This document shows, one piece after another, positions 23,859 through 32,784 of a DNA stretch of 34,051 bases. Every line of letters begins with the position of its first letter. Position 1 is the stretch's first letter. The DNA comes from Longimicrobium sp. (GTDB lineage: Bacteria; Gemmatimonadota; Gemmatimonadetes; Longimicrobiales; Longimicrobiaceae), in the NCBI GenBank assembly GCA_035715345.1, contig DASTLD010000480.1:1-34051 (forward strand), read 5' to 3'. Position numbers and translations under genes: made by a program. The notes beneath the pieces are model-generated. The model saw only the letters and a program-made list of their open reading frames with translations. It was not told where the DNA came from and ran no database searches.

Positions 23859-26036
23859 ATGCCATTCACGCACATCGACAAGGGCCCCGGCGACCTGATC
23901 CGCTCCGCCGACTGGAACGCCATGGGGCAGGAGATCCAGCGCCTGGCCACGGACAAGCTGGACCGCGCGGGCGGCGACGCCGTCGCCGGGCCGCTGGCCG
24001 TGCGCGGGGACCTGAGCGTGGGCCTGGCCAACAAGGGCGCCGGCCTGCGCGTGTTCAAGAAGCAGGAGGACGGCACCGCGGCGGACCACGGTGCCGTCGT
24101 CCTGGGCACCGACGGCGACGCCAGTGCCCGCCTGCACCTGGGCTACGCCGGCCCATACTCGTGGATCCAGTCGCAGGGCAAGCCCACACTGGCGCTGAAC
24201 CCGCGCGGCGGCAGCGTGGGCGTGGGCACGGAGGCGCCGCAGGACCGGCTGCACGTGCACGGCGCCCTGCGCATCCTGTCGGACTCCAACCCGGTCCGCT
24301 TCACCAGCGGGTGGAGCGGCTTCCCCGACCAGGCGCCCAACCAGGCGGAGATCGCCAACGATACGGGCAGCTACAAGACGCTGATGCTGGTGGGCAACAA
24401 GTCCGCGGGCGGCCCGCGGCGCGTGTCCGTGTGGGACCGGCTGGAGGTGAACGGCACGCTCGCGGTCACGAGCGACACGGCGCTCGGCGGCTCGCTCTTC
24501 GTGGGGGGCGCCGCGGCCGTGGGCGGCGCCCCCACCGCCGGCGACGTGGTCATGGGCGCCGCGCCCGGCAGGCGGTTCCTGCTGCACACGCGGTCGGGGC
24601 AGTACGGCGCCGACTTCTTCCAGGTGACCACCGACGCGGCGGACGGCGCCTGGCAGTGGGGCCAGGGCATCACGCTGCGCCGGGCGACCGGAAACGTGGG
24701 CATCGCCGTCACGGACCCGCAGGACCGGCTGCACGTGAACGGCTCCGCGCGTCTCCTGGGCGACGCCAACCCCCTGCGCATCACCGGGGGCTGGAGCAAC
24801 TTCGCGGACGGGAACAGCGCCCGGGCGGAGATCAGCAACGACACCGGCACCTACAAGGCGCTGATGATCGTGGGCAACGCCTCCGCCGGGCAGGGCCGGC
24901 GGGTGGGCGTGTGGGACCGGCTGGAGGTGAACGGCACCCTGGCCACCACGGGCGACGCGGCCGTGGGCGGCGCGCTCTCCTTCGGCGAGCGCGGCGGGCA
25001 GCACGTGAACCTGTGGCGCACCGGCTACGGCATCGGCATCCAGGGCTCCACGCAGTACTTCCGCAGCGACGCGCACTTCGCCTGGTTCCGCGGCGGCGCG
25101 CACCACAACGACACCTTCAACCCCGGCCCCAACGGCGCCGCGCTGATGGTGCTGAACACCGCCGGCAGCCTGGGCATCGGCACCACCGCGCCGCGCGCCC
25201 GGCTGGAGGTGGCCGGCGCCATCATGCCCGCCGCCGGCAACGCGGAGACCGCGGGCATCATGTTCCCGAAGGATCCCGGCGGCGGCGGAGGCGACAGCGC
25301 CTGGATGCGCTACTACGCGCGCGCGGGCGAGAGCTGCACGCTGGAGCTGGGCATCGCCAACGACGGCGACGACCACATCGCGCTCATGCCGGCCGGCGGC
25401 GTGGGCATCGGCGTCAACGCCCCCGCGGACCGGCTGCACGTGCACGGAGGCGTGCGCATCCTGACCGACACCAACCCCATCCGCTTCACCAGCGGGTGGT
25501 CGGGCTTCCCGGACCCGGTGCAGAACCAGGCGGAGATCAGCAACGACACGAGCGCCTTCAAGACGCTGATGATCGTGGGCAACAAGTCCGGCGACGGGTC
25601 CACGCGCCGGGTGTCCGTCTGGGACAAGCTGGAGGTGAACGGCAAGCTCAAGTCGCAGAACGCGCGGGTGCAGCGCGTGGCCAGCAACAAGATCGACAAG
25701 GGGGTCAGCGACTGGACGGACATGCCCGACATGCAGGCCGACCTGCCGGTGCACGCCGGCGCGGCGCTGCTGCTGTTCAAGGCGGGGGGCGTGCAGCTGA
25801 CCGGGGCCGGCAACGGCCAGATCCACTTCCGCATGCTGGTGGACGGCAGCCAAGTGGCGTTCTGCCTGCACGAGTTCCACAACAACGGCTGGCAGCTCCG
25901 CGACGTCTCGCTGGTGTGGATGGGCGACCTGGCCGCCGGCACGCGCCGGGTCTCCGTGCAGTGGAAGGTGCAGGCCGGCGTCGGCTCGTGCTGCTGGTAC
26001 GGCGACAACCGCTCCCTGATCGCCCTCGAGCTCTGA
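23859..26036 (+). CDS. Tail fibre 2 with a different C-terminal beta-sandwich head and no S74 chaperone (725 aa)
   Basis: Same N-terminal anchor as fibre 1 (K.PG.LIRSADWNA) and the same repeat modules in a different order. C-terminus WTDMPDM...FRMLVDG...LAAGT..VSVQW...RSLIALEL suggests a jelly-roll (BclA/C1q-like) head. Confidence 0.9.
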   Translation: MPFTHIDKGPGDLIRSADWNAMGQEIQRLATDKLDRAGGDAVAGPLAVRGDLSVGLANKGAGLRVFKKQEDGTAADHGAVVLGTDGDASARLHLGYAGPYSWIQSQGKPTLALNPRGGSVGVGTEAPQDRLHVHGALRILSDSNPVRFTSGWSGFPDQAPNQAEIANDTGSYKTLMLVGNKSAGGPRRVSVWDRLEVNGTLAVTSDTALGGSLFVGGAAAVGGAPTAGDVVMGAAPGRRFLLHTRSGQYGADFFQVTTDAADGAWQWGQGITLRRATGNVGIAVTDPQDRLHVNGSARLLGDANPLRITGGWSNFADGNSARAEISNDTGTYKALMIVGNASAGQGRRVGVWDRLEVNGTLATTGDAAVGGALSFGERGGQHVNLWRTGYGIGIQGSTQYFRSDAHFAWFRGGAHHNDTFNPGPNGAALMVLNTAGSLGIGTTAPRARLEVAGAIMPAAGNAETAGIMFPKDPGGGGGDSAWMRYYARAGESCTLELGIANDGDDHIALMPAGGVGIGVNAPADRLHVHGGVRILTDTNPIRFTSGWSGFPDPVQNQAEISNDTSAFKTLMIVGNKSGDGSTRRVSVWDKLEVNGKLKSQNARVQRVASNKIDKGVSDWTDMPDMQADLPVHAGAALLLFKAGGVQLTGAGNGQIHFRMLVDGSQVAFCLHEFHNNGWQLRDVSLVWMGDLAAGTRRVSVQWKVQAGVGSCCWYGDNRSLIALEL
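24969..25154 (+). repeat. 186-bp direct repeat, copy 2 (fibre 2)
   Basis: Identical to 20779-20964 except one base; offset 4190 bp. Confidence 0.92.
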
Positions 26037-26058
26037 GCCGCTCGTCCTCGCTTCTCCC

Positions 26059-26094
26059 GGGGCGGCCGCGCCAGGCAGGCGGCGCGGCCGTCCC
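26059..26094. terminator. GC-rich hairpin between convergent fibre 2 and recQ
   Basis: GGGGCGGCCGCGCC / GGCGCGGCCGTCCC stem. No clear U-tract. Confidence 0.35.
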
Positions 26095-26155
26095 ACCCCT
26101 CGAGTACGCCCTCCAGGTACCCCCCAGTGCCGCGGCGGGCACGGGGGCCCCGTGC

Positions 26156-28474
26156 TCACCCGTCGCGGAGGACGGCCAGGAAGGCCTCGCCGTACTTCTC
26201 CAGCTTGGCCGGGCCCACGCCGGAGACGGCCAGCAGCTCCTGCTCCGTGCGCGGGTGGCGGCGCGCCATCTCCACCAGCGTTCTGTCCCCGAAGACGCAG
26301 TAGGCGGGGAGCGACGCCTCGCGGGCCAGCCGGCCGCGCAGCTCGCGCAGGCGGCCGTACAGGCGGCCCTGCTCGGGCGTGGGCGCCTCCGGCTCCGCGC
26401 GGGAGCCGCGCGCGCCTCGGGTGGTGGGGATGGCCTCGTCGCGCAGCACGTCCAGCAGCGCGCCGCCGAAGCGCTCCACCGTCTGCGGGGTCACGCCGGG
26501 GACGGCCAGCAGGTCCTCCGGGGTGGTGGGGCGCGCCTCCACGATGCGGTCCATCACCGCGTCGCTGAACACGAAGTACGCGGGCACGCCCGCGCGGCGC
26601 GAGATCTCCGTCCGCGCCGCGCGCAGGCGGCCGCGCAGGTCGCGCACGCGCGGCTTGCGCTCGCGGCGGCCGCCGTCCTCGGAGGCCTCCGTCTTCGCGA
26701 GGGGCTGGAAGGGCGCGCCGCCCGCGGCCAGGCAGTTGTCGCAGGCGCCGCACTCGCGCATGGCCGCCGGATCGCCGAAGTAGCGCAGCACGAAGCCGCG
26801 CCGGCACCCGTCCGTGTACGCGTAGTTCTGCATCTGCTGCAGCTTGTCCAGGTCGCGCGCGCGGCGTGCGTCCTGGCCCCGCCAGTCCACCGGCAGCCGG
26901 GGGATGGGCGTGTCGCGGTCCAGCACCCACACGCCCTCGCCGCGGAGCGCCTGCCACTCCAGGAAACCCCCGTCCATCAGCGCGTCCAGCGCCGCCTCCG
27001 CGTGGCCGCCCGCGGCGCGCTCCAGCACCCGCCACTCCAGCTCCACGCCGCGGTACAGCGCCTCGCCGCCGCCCGCGCGCCACACCCCGCGCAGGAACTC
27101 CAGCTCGCCCGTGCGCCCCGCCAGCTCGCGCGAGATGCGGTCCGGGCGCGCCAGCAGCCGCAGGCGCACGGTGGTGCCGCCGCCCCCGTACGTGGGACGC
27201 ACCAGGCCGGCCTTCTCCAGCACGCGCAGCGCGGACCCCGCCTGGCGGTCGCCCTTGAGCCCGCGGACGGCATCCGCCAGCGCGTCCAGGGAGCGCGCGT
27301 ACAGCCCGCGCTCGTCCGCGCCGCGCCGCAGCTCCTCCATCACCCCCTCCACCGCCCTGCGGGGGGGATAGGACTGGTCGATGAAGAACTCCTGGATGAA
27401 GCGGTCGCGGTGCGCGTGCAGCAGCACGCAGTCGGACTGCGCGCCGTCGCGGCCCGCGCGGCCCGCCTCCTGGTAGTACGCCTCCAGGTTGCCCGGCAGG
27501 TTGTAGTGGACGACGATGCGCACGTCCGGCTTGTCGATGCCCATGCCGAACGCGTTGGTGGCGACGACCACGCGCGTCTGCCCGCGCATGAACTCGTCCT
27601 GGACGCGCTTGCGGTCGCGGTCGCCCAGGCCCGCGTGGTACCCCACCGTGGTGATGCCCACGCCGTTCAGCAGCATGGTCAGCGCGTCCACGCTCTTGCG
27701 GGTGCTGGCGTAGACGATGGACGACCCCTCGCGCCCGCGCAGCAGCTTGATGAGCAGGCGGTCCTTCTCGCTGTCGTTCTTGGCCCGGAGGACGTGCCAC
27801 ACCAGGTTGCGCCGGTCGAAGCCGGTCACCAGCACCGCCGGGTCGCGCAGGCCCAGCTGGCGCACGATGTCGCGGCGCACCTCCGGCGTGGCCGTGGCGG
27901 TCAGCGCCGCGACGGGCGGGCCGCCCAGCAGCTCGCGCACCGGGCCCAATCGCAGGTACGACGGGCGAAAGTCGTGGCCCCACTCGGACACGCAGTGCGC
28001 CTCGTCCACCGCCAGCAGCGACACGTTCAGCCCCGCCACGCGGCGGCGGAAGCCCTCCGCCTCGAAGCGCTCCGGCGCCACGTACAGCAGCTTGACCTCG
28101 CCGCGCTGGGCGGACTCCATGCGCGCCGCCTGCTCGCCCGCGCCCAGGGTGGAGTTGATGAACGTGGCCGGCACGCCCGCGCGCTCCAGCGCGTCCACCT
28201 GGTCCTTCATCAGGGAGATGAGGGGCGACACCACCAGCGTGGCGCCCGGCAGCAGCATCGCGGGCACCTGGTAGCACAGGCTCTTGCCGCCGCCCGTGGG
28301 CATGATGGTCAGCGAGTCGCCGCCGGACAGGACGTTGCGCACCGCCTGGTCCTGCCCCGGGCGGAAGTCGGGATAGCCCCAGTAGCGGTGCAGCGCCTCG
28401 CGGGCCGCGTCCAGCGGGTCGCCGGCGGCGGGGTCGAGGGGCGGCGCGGCGGCCAGGTCGGTCACGGACGCCAC
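26156..28474 (-). CDS. recQ: RecQ-family ATP-dependent DNA helicase with two C-terminal HRDC domains
   Basis: MPTGGGKSLCYQ, VSPLISLMKDQV, DEAHCVSEWGHDFRPSY, ATNAFGMGIDKPDVR, YYQEAGRAGRDG, Zn-binding CRR...CGACDNC, and two PAY.VF.D..P.T...LL.V.GV HRDC repeats. Confidence 0.96.
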   Translation of the reverse strand: MASVTDLAAAPPLDPAAGDPLDAAREALHRYWGYPDFRPGQDQAVRNVLSGGDSLTIMPTGGGKSLCYQVPAMLLPGATLVVSPLISLMKDQVDALERAGVPATFINSTLGAGEQAARMESAQRGEVKLLYVAPERFEAEGFRRRVAGLNVSLLAVDEAHCVSEWGHDFRPSYLRLGPVRELLGGPPVAALTATATPEVRRDIVRQLGLRDPAVLVTGFDRRNLVWHVLRAKNDSEKDRLLIKLLRGREGSSIVYASTRKSVDALTMLLNGVGITTVGYHAGLGDRDRKRVQDEFMRGQTRVVVATNAFGMGIDKPDVRIVVHYNLPGNLEAYYQEAGRAGRDGAQSDCVLLHAHRDRFIQEFFIDQSYPPRRAVEGVMEELRRGADERGLYARSLDALADAVRGLKGDRQAGSALRVLEKAGLVRPTYGGGGTTVRLRLLARPDRISRELAGRTGELEFLRGVWRAGGGEALYRGVELEWRVLERAAGGHAEAALDALMDGGFLEWQALRGEGVWVLDRDTPIPRLPVDWRGQDARRARDLDKLQQMQNYAYTDGCRRGFVLRYFGDPAAMRECGACDNCLAAGGAPFQPLAKTEASEDGGRRERKPRVRDLRGRLRAARTEISRRAGVPAYFVFSDAVMDRIVEARPTTPEDLLAVPGVTPQTVERFGGALLDVLRDEAIPTTRGARGSRAEPEAPTPEQGRLYGRLRELRGRLAREASLPAYCVFGDRTLVEMARRHPRTEQELLAVSGVGPAKLEKYGEAFLAVLRDG

Positions 28475-28747
28475 GGGGCGCGGCCGGGGAACGGATGATG
28501 GGCGGACATGGACGGCGTATACCCTCGCGCGGCGGATCGGGTCGGGGGATGCACTCTGCGTCTACACGATGGCGGCGCGCGCGGAAAATCGCGAACCCGA
28601 ATCCGCCAGCGGGCGCACGGATTGGACGCGGGCGATGCGCATCTCCCGGCTCCGCAATCGGTTACGGGCGCACTGGACGCGGGGAACGGACGCATTAGCT
28701 TGCCTGTCCCGCGCTTCCCTCGTCCCCCGCTGCCCGGACCGGTCCCG

Positions 28748-29569
28748 ATGACGACGACGACCCCGCAGGCCGAGACGCCCACCCCCATGCGGCACGCCCC
28801 CGGCAGCTTCTGCTGGATCGAGCTGGCGGCCCACGACCGCGACGCCGCCGAGCGCTTCTACACGGCGCTGTTCGGCTGGACGGCGCGCCACGACAAGATC
28901 GGCCCGGAGGACGACGACCTGTACGTCATGCTGCAGAAGGACGGGCGCGACGTGGGGGCGCTGTACTCGATGATGGCGGACCAGCGGCAGGCGGGCATCC
29001 CCAGCCACTGGATGTCGTACGTGAGCGTGGACAGCGCGGACGGCGCCGCCGCGCGGGCGCGCGAGCTGGGCGGCACCGTGCTGGCGGAGCCGTTCGACGT
29101 GATGCAGTACGGGCGGATGGCGGTGGTCTCCGACCCGGCGGGCGCCGCCTTCTCGCTGTGGGAGGCGCGCGCGCACCACGGCGTGGGCGTGCGCGACGAG
29201 CCCGGCAGCCTGTGCTGGAACGAGCTGGCCACCACCGACACGGACGGCGCCCGCCGCTTCTACGAGGGCCTGTTCGCCTGGGCGTCGGACACGATGGACG
29301 TGGGGATGGAGTACACCACCTTCCTGAACGGCGAGGCGCAGGCCGGGGGGATGTACGGCATCACCGACGAGATGAAGGGGATGCCGCCGATGTGGCTGCC
29401 CTACTTCGCGGTGGAGGACACCGACGCCGCGGCGGAACGGGCGAAGGAGCTGGGCGGCACCGTGCACGTGCCGCCGACGGACATCCCCGGCATCGGCCGC
29501 TTCAGCATGCTGATGGACCCGCAGGGCGCGGTGTTCCACGTGATCCGCCTGGCGCCCATGGACGCCTGA
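28748..29569 (+). CDS. VOC/glyoxalase family protein, two-domain (273 aa)
   Basis: Duplicated PGSFCWIEL...A..FY..LFGW...W..Y..V...D.A...A.ELGG.V...P.D...GR....DP.GA.F. Confidence 0.92.
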   Translation: MTTTTPQAETPTPMRHAPGSFCWIELAAHDRDAAERFYTALFGWTARHDKIGPEDDDLYVMLQKDGRDVGALYSMMADQRQAGIPSHWMSYVSVDSADGAAARARELGGTVLAEPFDVMQYGRMAVVSDPAGAAFSLWEARAHHGVGVRDEPGSLCWNELATTDTDGARRFYEGLFAWASDTMDVGMEYTTFLNGEAQAGGMYGITDEMKGMPPMWLPYFAVEDTDAAAERAKELGGTVHVPPTDIPGIGRFSMLMDPQGAVFHVIRLAPMDA

Positions 29570-29700
29570 CGGCTGACGCAAGTCCGGCGGGGGCCGCGGC
29601 TTGGGACCGCTGGTGCGCGGGGGGAAAATCCGTTATTCTCTCCCCACTGCCGCGCGCCACGGTTCCCAGGCGCGACGATCCCACCCGCAGGAGCTTTTCC

Positions 29701-30684
29701 ATGTACGCAGCATCCCGCATCCACCGCTTTGCCTCCGCCGGCGCGCTCGCGCTGCTGCTCGTCGCCGGCCTGGCCGAGAGCGCCGAGGCGCAGATCGGCG
29801 GGCGCCTGCGCGGCGCCATCAACCGCGCCACGGGCGGCCGCATCACCCCCGAGCAGCTGTTCGGCGGCGACCACCCCATCACCACCAGCCTGCCGGACGC
29901 GCGGTGGGCCGTGGACTCGCTGGACAACTTCACCCCGCGCGAGCAGAAGCGGGACATGCTGCAGCTCCAGCGCACGCCCAACGGCGGGTTCGTGCTGCAG
30001 CCGGGGTACTGGGAGATGCACACCCAGAGCTACTGCCTCAAGGCCGGCACGCACGGCCCCGGCGGCGGCGACGGCTACCTGTTCGCCCCCACCAAGGGCC
30101 CGGCCGAGCAGGCGGTGATGACCATCCTGCGCAACTCGGTCAACCACCCGGAGATCGAGCAGCACAAGATCCAGACGCTGCTGTGGGCCATCATCGCGCG
30201 CGCCAAGTTCGAGGACCTCTCCGCGGAGCACAAGGCGACGGCCAGCAAGCTGCTGACGCCGCAGCAGCTCAGCATGCTGAACCGCAGCGCGCTGGACCTG
30301 ATTCCCGGCGACGAGATGGGCGCGATGATGAACCGCGTGCCCGGCCCGCTGCGCGCGGTGGTGGAGGCGGAGGCCAACCTGCGCAACCTGCTGGCGGACC
30401 CCACGGCCAGCTTCGCGGACATGGAGCGCGTGGCGGTGCTGACGGGCGCGGTGGGCATGGGCCCGGGCAGCCGCGCGGTGCCGTCCGGCCGCTGGTCGCT
30501 GCACCCGGACGGGTACTACGTGCGCTACATCCCGCAGGGGTACAGCTACACGGTCACGCAGGTCTGGGTGCCGCAGGGCAGCCCGGCCGTGGGCAAGGAG
30601 TACGACCCGGCCACGCACATCGCGGTACCGGGCAACACCGCCCGCCAGCGCCTGGTGCAGTCCGGCCGCGTGCGCCAGCGCTGA
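29701..30684 (+). CDS. Secreted protein of unknown function with thioester-domain-like motifs (327 aa)
   Basis: AGGAG RBS. Sec signal peptide ending AEA-Q. Motifs SYCL, IQTLLWAI and C-terminal RQRLV. Confidence 0.8.
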   Translation: MYAASRIHRFASAGALALLLVAGLAESAEAQIGGRLRGAINRATGGRITPEQLFGGDHPITTSLPDARWAVDSLDNFTPREQKRDMLQLQRTPNGGFVLQPGYWEMHTQSYCLKAGTHGPGGGDGYLFAPTKGPAEQAVMTILRNSVNHPEIEQHKIQTLLWAIIARAKFEDLSAEHKATASKLLTPQQLSMLNRSALDLIPGDEMGAMMNRVPGPLRAVVEAEANLRNLLADPTASFADMERVAVLTGAVGMGPGSRAVPSGRWSLHPDGYYVRYIPQGYSYTVTQVWVPQGSPAVGKEYDPATHIAVPGNTARQRLVQSGRVRQR

Positions 30685-30706
30685 GCCGCGTCGCAGCACA
30701 CACTTG

Positions 30707-30741
30707 AGCCGGCCCCGGAGATTTTCTCCGGGGCCGGTTTT
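30707..30741 (+). terminator. Rho-independent terminator
   Basis: CCGGCCCCGGAGA-TTT-TCTCCGGGGCCGG stem followed by TTTT, just after the 30684 stop. Confidence 0.85.
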
Positions 30742-30840
30742 CGTTGGAACTGCATCTCACGCAGAGCCGCAGAGGAGAAAAGAGAGCCGCAGAGGGGATC
30801 GGTGTGAGGGCCGCCATCGGTGCGTGCGGTAACCCTCCGG

Positions 30841-30989
30841 CCGGCGGTTGAAACCGCGCCTCCAAAGGCACGAAGTCCGCCTGCGCGGACTGCAAGGCCG
30901 GCTCCGCGGTACGGACCATAACCCCGCGCCAGCCCCGTCGGCGCAGGCCGACATCACGTTTTCATAGCCGCGAATTCATTCGCCGGGGC
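30841..30989. repeat. Inverted pair of the two-hairpin REP-like element
   Basis: Forward variant at 30841-30894 (GCGGTT-GA-AACCGC...GTCCGC-CTGC-GCGGAC) and reverse-strand copy at 30933-30989 nearly identical to 13038-13092. Confidence 0.78.
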
Positions 30990-31038
30990 ACCCACGCCGG
31001 CCCCTCCGTCCTTCCACGATGGCTCGTCGGGAATATCG

Positions 31039-31243
31039 CGCCCGCCACGCCCGCCACGCCCGCCACGCCCGCCACGCCCGCCACGCCCGCACGCCCGCCG
31101 CGCCCGCCGCGCCCGCCGCGCACGCCGCCCGCCGCCGCCGCCGTCGCCCATCGCCCCTCGCCTATCGCCTATCGCCCATCGCCCATCGCCCATCGCAATC
31201 GCAATCACCATCCGCCATCGACATCACCATCGCGATCCTCATC
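31039..31243. repeat. Simple tandem repeats: (CCCGCCACG)n followed by degenerate (TCGCCYA)n and hexamers
   Basis: Read directly; intergenic. Confidence 0.85.
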
Positions 31244-31580
31244 CGCTATCCCACCCACCTTCCGCCTTCGGACGACGCATGTTCGGCCTTCGCCGTCCTG
31301 CCGTCTGTTCCCGTTGTTCGGACATCCCTCCGCACCCGCTGATTGCCGCGCGCGCGGGTTTGCTGACATCGCCCATCCGGCACCGCTCGGCACCTGCACT
31401 GGCCGGCGCGCCATGGATCGTCGCGATCCCCTTCCGCTGCAACGGTTTCGCAGGGGGGATGCTACGGGCTTGCGAGTGGCGCGGGGCTTGCCTGTTGCCG
31501 ACGTGTGTTTCAGCGGACGGCAGGCGGGACCTGGCCGTACCGCACGATTCGTGGTTCCCCCTGAACGGGGTGGTGGAAAG

Positions 31581-32783
31581 ATGTACCTCACGTTCGACCC
31601 GCGATCCCTCTCGCGCCGGGTGGCGGCCGCCGGCGCGGCGTGCCTGCTCCTGGCGTCGTGCGACACCAAGGACAACCCGGCCTTCGTGCAGCCCACCGTG
31701 GCCTGCGACGGCAACGGCGGCGCCACCATCAACGGCAACGCGGTGGCCATTGCCCCCGGCGGCTACTTCACCGCCGGCAACAAGATCTACAGCGCGGCGT
31801 CCTGCCAGCCCGTGCGCTTCTACGGCGTGTCGCGGCCGTCCCTCTCGTTCAACGCCACCGGCGACCGCTTGGGCGACTCGGTGACCACGGAGCACGACTT
31901 CGCGGCCATCCGCTCGTGGAAGGCCAACATGGTGCGCATCGAGCTGGCCTCGTACTACTGGGTGCCCACGGCGGGGTCGTACAGCGCCAGCTACGCCGGC
32001 CGCGTGGAGCGCGTGGTGCGCCAGGCGCGGCGCGCGGGGCTCAACGTGATCCTGGCGCTGCAGGCCAGCGACCGCGGCGTGGCCAGCTTCGTCCCCAGCG
32101 GCAACACGCACCAGCCCATGCCGGACCGCAACCACGCCATCCCCTTCTGGACGGACGTGGCCAACCGCTTCAAGAACGACGGCGGGGTGATGTACGAGCT
32201 GTTCAGCGAGCCGTTCCCCGTGGGCGGGCGCGGCGGCTTCAGCAACTGGGGGATGTGGAAGAACGGCGGGCTGCACCCCGCGGACAACGTCTACGAGCCC
32301 CGCCCGGCGTTCCAGGCCGTGGGCATGCAGGAGCTGTACAACCTGGTCCGCGGCACCGGGGCCCACAATCTGGTGATCATCGGCGGCACCAAGTGGGGAT
32401 ACTACCTGGACGGGGTGCCCAAGAACCGCGTCAACGGCTACAACCTGGTCTACGCCACGCACCCCTGGGACTTCCCGGGCGCCAACCAGCCCGGCGACTG
32501 GCAGAAGGACTGGGCCTTCCTGGCCAAGACCGACCCCGTGATGGTCACCGAGTTCGGCCAGTTCGACTGCGGCGACGACTACGTGCGGGCGCTGCTGGAC
32601 AAGGCGGACGAGCTGGGGCTGTCGTGGACCGCGTGGATGTGGAGCGCGCCGCGCCCCGGCGAGTCCACGGCGCAGAACGGGCCGGACGACGTGGTGTGCG
32701 AGCGGTCGTACCTGGTGATGGACTGGACCGGCACGCCCAGCAAGACCGGGCAGACCATCAAGAACCGCCTGGCCACGTACTGA
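31581..32783 (+). CDS. Glycoside hydrolase family 5 (cellulase-like) lipoprotein (400 aa)
   Basis: Lipobox LLAS-C. GH5 motifs W.AN.VRI, FW..VANRFK...V.YELFSEP (acid/base), Y..HP, PVMVTEFG (nucleophile), SWTAW.W. Confidence 0.88.
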   Translation: MYLTFDPRSLSRRVAAAGAACLLLASCDTKDNPAFVQPTVACDGNGGATINGNAVAIAPGGYFTAGNKIYSAASCQPVRFYGVSRPSLSFNATGDRLGDSVTTEHDFAAIRSWKANMVRIELASYYWVPTAGSYSASYAGRVERVVRQARRAGLNVILALQASDRGVASFVPSGNTHQPMPDRNHAIPFWTDVANRFKNDGGVMYELFSEPFPVGGRGGFSNWGMWKNGGLHPADNVYEPRPAFQAVGMQELYNLVRGTGAHNLVIIGGTKWGYYLDGVPKNRVNGYNLVYATHPWDFPGANQPGDWQKDWAFLAKTDPVMVTEFGQFDCGDDYVRALLDKADELGLSWTAWMWSAPRPGESTAQNGPDDVVCERSYLVMDWTGTPSKTGQTIKNRLATY

Positions 32784-32784
32784 C

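Noticed and set aside
20779-25154. Diversity-generating retroelement template/variable repeat pair in the fibres
   Set aside because: There is only one mismatch, both copies are internal coding modules, and no reverse transcriptase is present in the window.
2816-26036. Intact prophage or T6SS
   Set aside because: No head, packaging, integration, replication or lysis genes are present. The sheath is a single protein (not TssB/TssC), and there is no TssJLM, TssK or ClpV.
20023-26036. Invertase/shufflon-type fibre switching
   Set aside because: Both fibres are complete and co-oriented; no recombinase or inverted crossover sites were seen.
31039-31243. CRISPR array or small repetitive ORF
   Set aside because: These are simple 6-9-bp tandem repeats without unique spacers, no cas genes are present, and the ORFs over them are low-complexity artefacts.
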